Assembly (NCBI GenBank): GCA_963703225.1
Contig: OY969801.1
Location: 160,001-224,000 of the forward strand
Source of the DNA: Candidatus Eiseniibacteriota bacterium
Lineage (GTDB): Bacteria; Eisenbacteria; RBG-16-71-46; SZUA-252
Length of the DNA stretch: 64,000 nucleotides
Reading direction: 5' to 3'
Each line of letters starts with the position of its first letter. The first letter of the stretch is position 1. Position numbers and translations under genes: made by a program. This document shows, piece after piece, positions 61,174 to 64,000 of the stretch. Below the pieces are notes generated by a model. The model searched no databases, was not told the DNA's origin, and worked only from the letters and a program-made list of their open reading frames with translations.

Positions 61174-63767
61174 CGTTCCCTCCAGTAGAGGAGGTCCTGG
61201 AGCTGGGCCTCTCCGGCGGACCGACCCGCGGCGGTCCGGCTCGTCCACTTGCTTTCATGCCGGACGGCGGTCGTGGAGGTCGGAGCTTTCTCCGGCACCC
61301 CGCTGCTCGGGCGCGGCACCCGTTGCAACGCTGCCTTGAGGAGCAAACGCGCCTCTTCGGCCGTCATCCGCTGCGCGCCCTCCCGTGTCGGCTCTACCTC
61401 TGGGGAGAGCCCCAGGAGCTTGCATGCTTCGAGGTAGCCGCCGCTTCGCGTCACGCCCTGCGAGAAAGGCTCCTCGGCCCCCAGGGAGTCTCCGGAAACG
61501 TACCGCACCAGTCCGAGATTGAGCCAGAGACCTGCGTCCGACGCGTCGCTCTTGACGGCCGCCTCGTAGAGCTCGATCGCGGAGCCCATGTTTCCCTGTG
61601 CCGCGTAGACGTTCGCGAGATTGTTGCTCGTCTGAGGCGAATCCGGGGACTTTGCCTTCGCCTTTTCGAGAGTGGCGCGCGCGTCCTCCAGCTTTCCAGC
61701 CAGGAAATAGACCCTGGCCACCTCATTGAGCGCCTGTGGGGTCGCCTCGAGCGTCTTCTCAACCTCACCATAGCGGCTGGCAAGGTACTCCTGACGCCAC
61801 AACCCAATGGTCGCCAAATCTTCCGTCACCCGCGCTTCGAGCGCGCTCGAATCGAGGGTGGGAACGCCTGCGGGCGCTCCGCTCAGATCGGCCGGCTCGT
61901 ATCGGTTGGAGGCTTTCGTGACATCTACCAGCGCGAGGCGTCCGCGCGCCGACCAACCCGCGTACGATTCCGCCCCGACCCTCCAGCCCTCGGCAAAACC
62001 CTTTCCGAGCGCGGTCGTCTCGAGTGGGATCCAAACTTTCTCGTCCACGACCACGTACCGACTCTCGTCCAGTCCGAGCGCGAGCCGATTGCGTTCGTGG
62101 ATCCCTGTGTCCACGAGCAAGAAAAGGTGCCCCGGCACATCCACCAGCTGTGTGGCGATCCCCACGTTGCCGAGCAGCGCCGCGAGGAGAACCGAAGTGT
62201 CGTCGCAATCGCCGGTTCGACGCGCCAGGGTTTCGCTTGGATAGGAGACCGTGTCGACGGCCCGCGCGGTGCCTGAGATCGTGGCGTAGGGGTTATTCGG
62301 ATCGGGCACGTACGCCATCCCGAGGACCGAGAGCGCGTCGAAGATCGCGGCGGTGAAGGTTAGGTTTCGACTGGAGGTGGAAGTGCCCTCCATGAGCGCC
62401 GCGGTCCGGCTCGCATCGCGGGCCAAGGCGTCGACGGCCGGATCACGCGTGGTCACGAACGCCGCGGCCTGGGGAACGCCAGCGCCCCAGTCGATCGCGC
62501 CGGGACCATACGTCACGCAGCGTCCCGTGCTCCGCTCAGTGCGGGTCAGCTGGTGGCTCTGGTAGGTGGCCGAGACCTCCACCTGGACCGGCCTGTCACC
62601 ACGCTCCCTCATCATCTGTTCGGAGAGAATCGCCGTCATCGGGATTTCTTGAGAGACCTTCGGGCGGAGTATCACGTTTAGCTCGGACGGGTCGTGCATG
62701 AGCTGCGGGACAAGCACCCAGATCTGGGTCACGACCGGCTGGTCGTCCAGGTTGCGAATCCGGATCGTGCCAAACGGTTCCCTCGCATAAGTCTTGTACA
62801 ACGAGGAGTAGATGTCGTGCGGCTCCACCTTTTCGATCCGGATCTGCGCCGGATTGAAATTGAAGGCGAAGGTCAGTCCAAATTGACTGGTGGAGCCCAG
62901 CGTCGGGTGTTGCACCAGGGCGTAGTCGAATCGAAGAACGCTCCATTGGATCCCGACGCCTGCGGACCACGTCATTCCGTCCGGGCCGCTCCAGTCGTCC
63001 TGAAGGCCGGCGCGGAGCGCGAGAAGGTCGAGAGGTCGGTACTCCACGCCCGTGTGCCAGCGGTCATCAGCGTCCAAGGCGAGGATGAGATCGCGTCGGA
63101 TCCCGTAGGAGACCCCAGCCCGGAAGTTCCGTGGGAACGCTACGGTCGTTCCCGCGTCTCCCGAGTAGTTGATCGAGGAATTGGTTATGTCCTGACAGAC
63201 GAGGGCGGCGCGCACCCGGTAGAAGGGCGTTGCCAAGAGCCCCACGTCGAACCCAAAGCCGTTCCCGGAGCGGACCGTAGTCCCATCGAGGTCTGTCTTA
63301 CGCGAAAGCCACTTGGCCGTCGCGCCGAGCGAGATGAGTGATGAAATCTTCTGCGCATATGAAAAGTCGACTCGGTTCTCATCGAAATTGAGCTCGGTAT
63401 CCTGGAATCCGGAGTGATACCAGTCGATGGCCGCGGCCCGGCGAGGTGAGAGTGGCAGGACGAAGGCGGCGAGATTGTCGACGATTCCGGAGTTGTAGAG
63501 ATCCGCGTGGGTGCCGGTTACTTCCTGATGTCCGACGAAGGGTAGCCCTGCGGGATTCCAGAACAAGGCCGTCGCGTCGTCCGCGATCGAGCTGAACGCC
63601 CCGCCCATGCCGAGCGCACGCGGACCAACCGGAACTTGCTGGCTGGGGCGTGAGGCGGCCGATTGGGGCGAGAGGAGGAGGATTGCGACCGCCGCGATGG
63701 CGTATCGCGAGGCGCGGACTTGCCGGCAGTGCGCGGCGTGCACGAGGGAGTGCCGATCCTGCGCCAT
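61170..63767 (-). CDS. PorV-like beta-barrel + transglutaminase-like domain + TPR fusion protein
   Basis: GPRALGMGGAFS.IADDATALFWNPAGL and alternating beta-strands ending in LRFDYA; YVPDP, PSETL..RTGDCDD, PGHLF, WIPLETT; TPRs NNLANVY, WLNLG. Confidence 0.8.
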   Translation of the reverse strand: MAQDRHSLVHAAHCRQVRASRYAIAAVAILLLSPQSAASRPSQQVPVGPRALGMGGAFSSIADDATALFWNPAGLPFVGHQEVTGTHADLYNSGIVDNLAAFVLPLSPRRAAAIDWYHSGFQDTELNFDENRVDFSYAQKISSLISLGATAKWLSRKTDLDGTTVRSGNGFGFDVGLLATPFYRVRAALVCQDITNSSINYSGDAGTTVAFPRNFRAGVSYGIRRDLILALDADDRWHTGVEYRPLDLLALRAGLQDDWSGPDGMTWSAGVGIQWSVLRFDYALVQHPTLGSTSQFGLTFAFNFNPAQIRIEKVEPHDIYSSLYKTYAREPFGTIRIRNLDDQPVVTQIWVLVPQLMHDPSELNVILRPKVSQEIPMTAILSEQMMRERGDRPVQVEVSATYQSHQLTRTERSTGRCVTYGPGAIDWGAGVPQAAAFVTTRDPAVDALARDASRTAALMEGTSTSSRNLTFTAAIFDALSVLGMAYVPDPNNPYATISGTARAVDTVSYPSETLARRTGDCDDTSVLLAALLGNVGIATQLVDVPGHLFLLVDTGIHERNRLALGLDESRYVVVDEKVWIPLETTALGKGFAEGWRVGAESYAGWSARGRLALVDVTKASNRYEPADLSGAPAGVPTLDSSALEARVTEDLATIGLWRQEYLASRYGEVEKTLEATPQALNEVARVYFLAGKLEDARATLEKAKAKSPDSPQTSNNLANVYAAQGNMGSAIELYEAAVKSDASDAGLWLNLGLVRYVSGDSLGAEEPFSQGVTRSGGYLEACKLLGLSPEVEPTREGAQRMTAEEARLLLKAALQRVPRPSSGVPEKAPTSTTAVRHESKWTSRTAAGRSAGEAQLQDLLYWRER

Positions 63768-63882
63768 GTTCGTCTCCTAACCTCTGGCGGGTTTGCCTGT
63801 TGCCACGCCTGGGCGGTCCCAGGCCCACTCCCACCCGCTTCCCCCCACTAGGAAACGATTGCTTCGGCGTAATCGCTCGCGG

Positions 63883-64000
63883 CTATCTTACTATGGCAAG
63901 CGTGTTCCTTCTTGTTTGTCCCAGGGCCTCCACCGTCACCAAGTAGATCCCGTCCGCGACGTAGAGCCCACCCCGCTCGCGGCCGTCCCAGCGAATGATG
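63883..64000 (-). CDS. C-terminus of a protein with FlgD-like (T9SS-type) C-terminal domain (partial; absent from ORF track)
   Basis: Manual translation: IIRWDGRERGGLYVADGIYLVTVEALGQTRRNTLAIVR-TAG, matching WDG...G.Y and the terminal beta-strand of the other two CTDs. Confidence 0.75.
   Translation of the reverse strand, partial: IIRWDGRERGGLYVADGIYLVTVEALGQTRRNTLAIVR

Overview
High-GC bacterial chromosomal window, almost fully coding (about 45 genes). I found no rRNA, tRNA, CRISPR array, integrase or transposase. Three proteins end in FlgD-like/T9SS-type C-terminal domains, and there are a PorV-like barrel, a sigma-54 activator and a kinase-linked ECF sigma. Together these suggest an FCB-adjacent diderm such as Ca. 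Eisenbacteria/Latescibacterota (inference only). Core genes: glnA, tlpA-ccdA, glgP/malQ, a DUF3798 ABC importer, tandem-domain thyX, murJ, nfo with a divergent NUDIX-SbcD-SbcC-like operon, a MacAB-type exporter and groES-groEL. Many genes, including groEL, carry single-base indels that look like long-read consensus errors; these create two false fusions in the ORF track. The best candidate for an undescribed system is the minus-strand cassette at 57452-64000: T9SS-type cargo, PorV-like barrel/transglutaminase-like/TPR fusion, TPR protein, CHASE2 Ser/Thr kinase, ECF sigma and a 66-aa protein. Its two TPR proteins share a C-terminal domain I do not recognise, ending in L-x-Y-W-[KR]. Also notable: a GcvT + two PYROXD2-like flavoproteins + Rieske cluster, a sigma-54 promoter on groESL, a pseudo-receiver NtrC-type activator, a barrel-fused SppA, and recurrent TAnnnT-N5-9-start motifs suggesting widespread leaderless translation.
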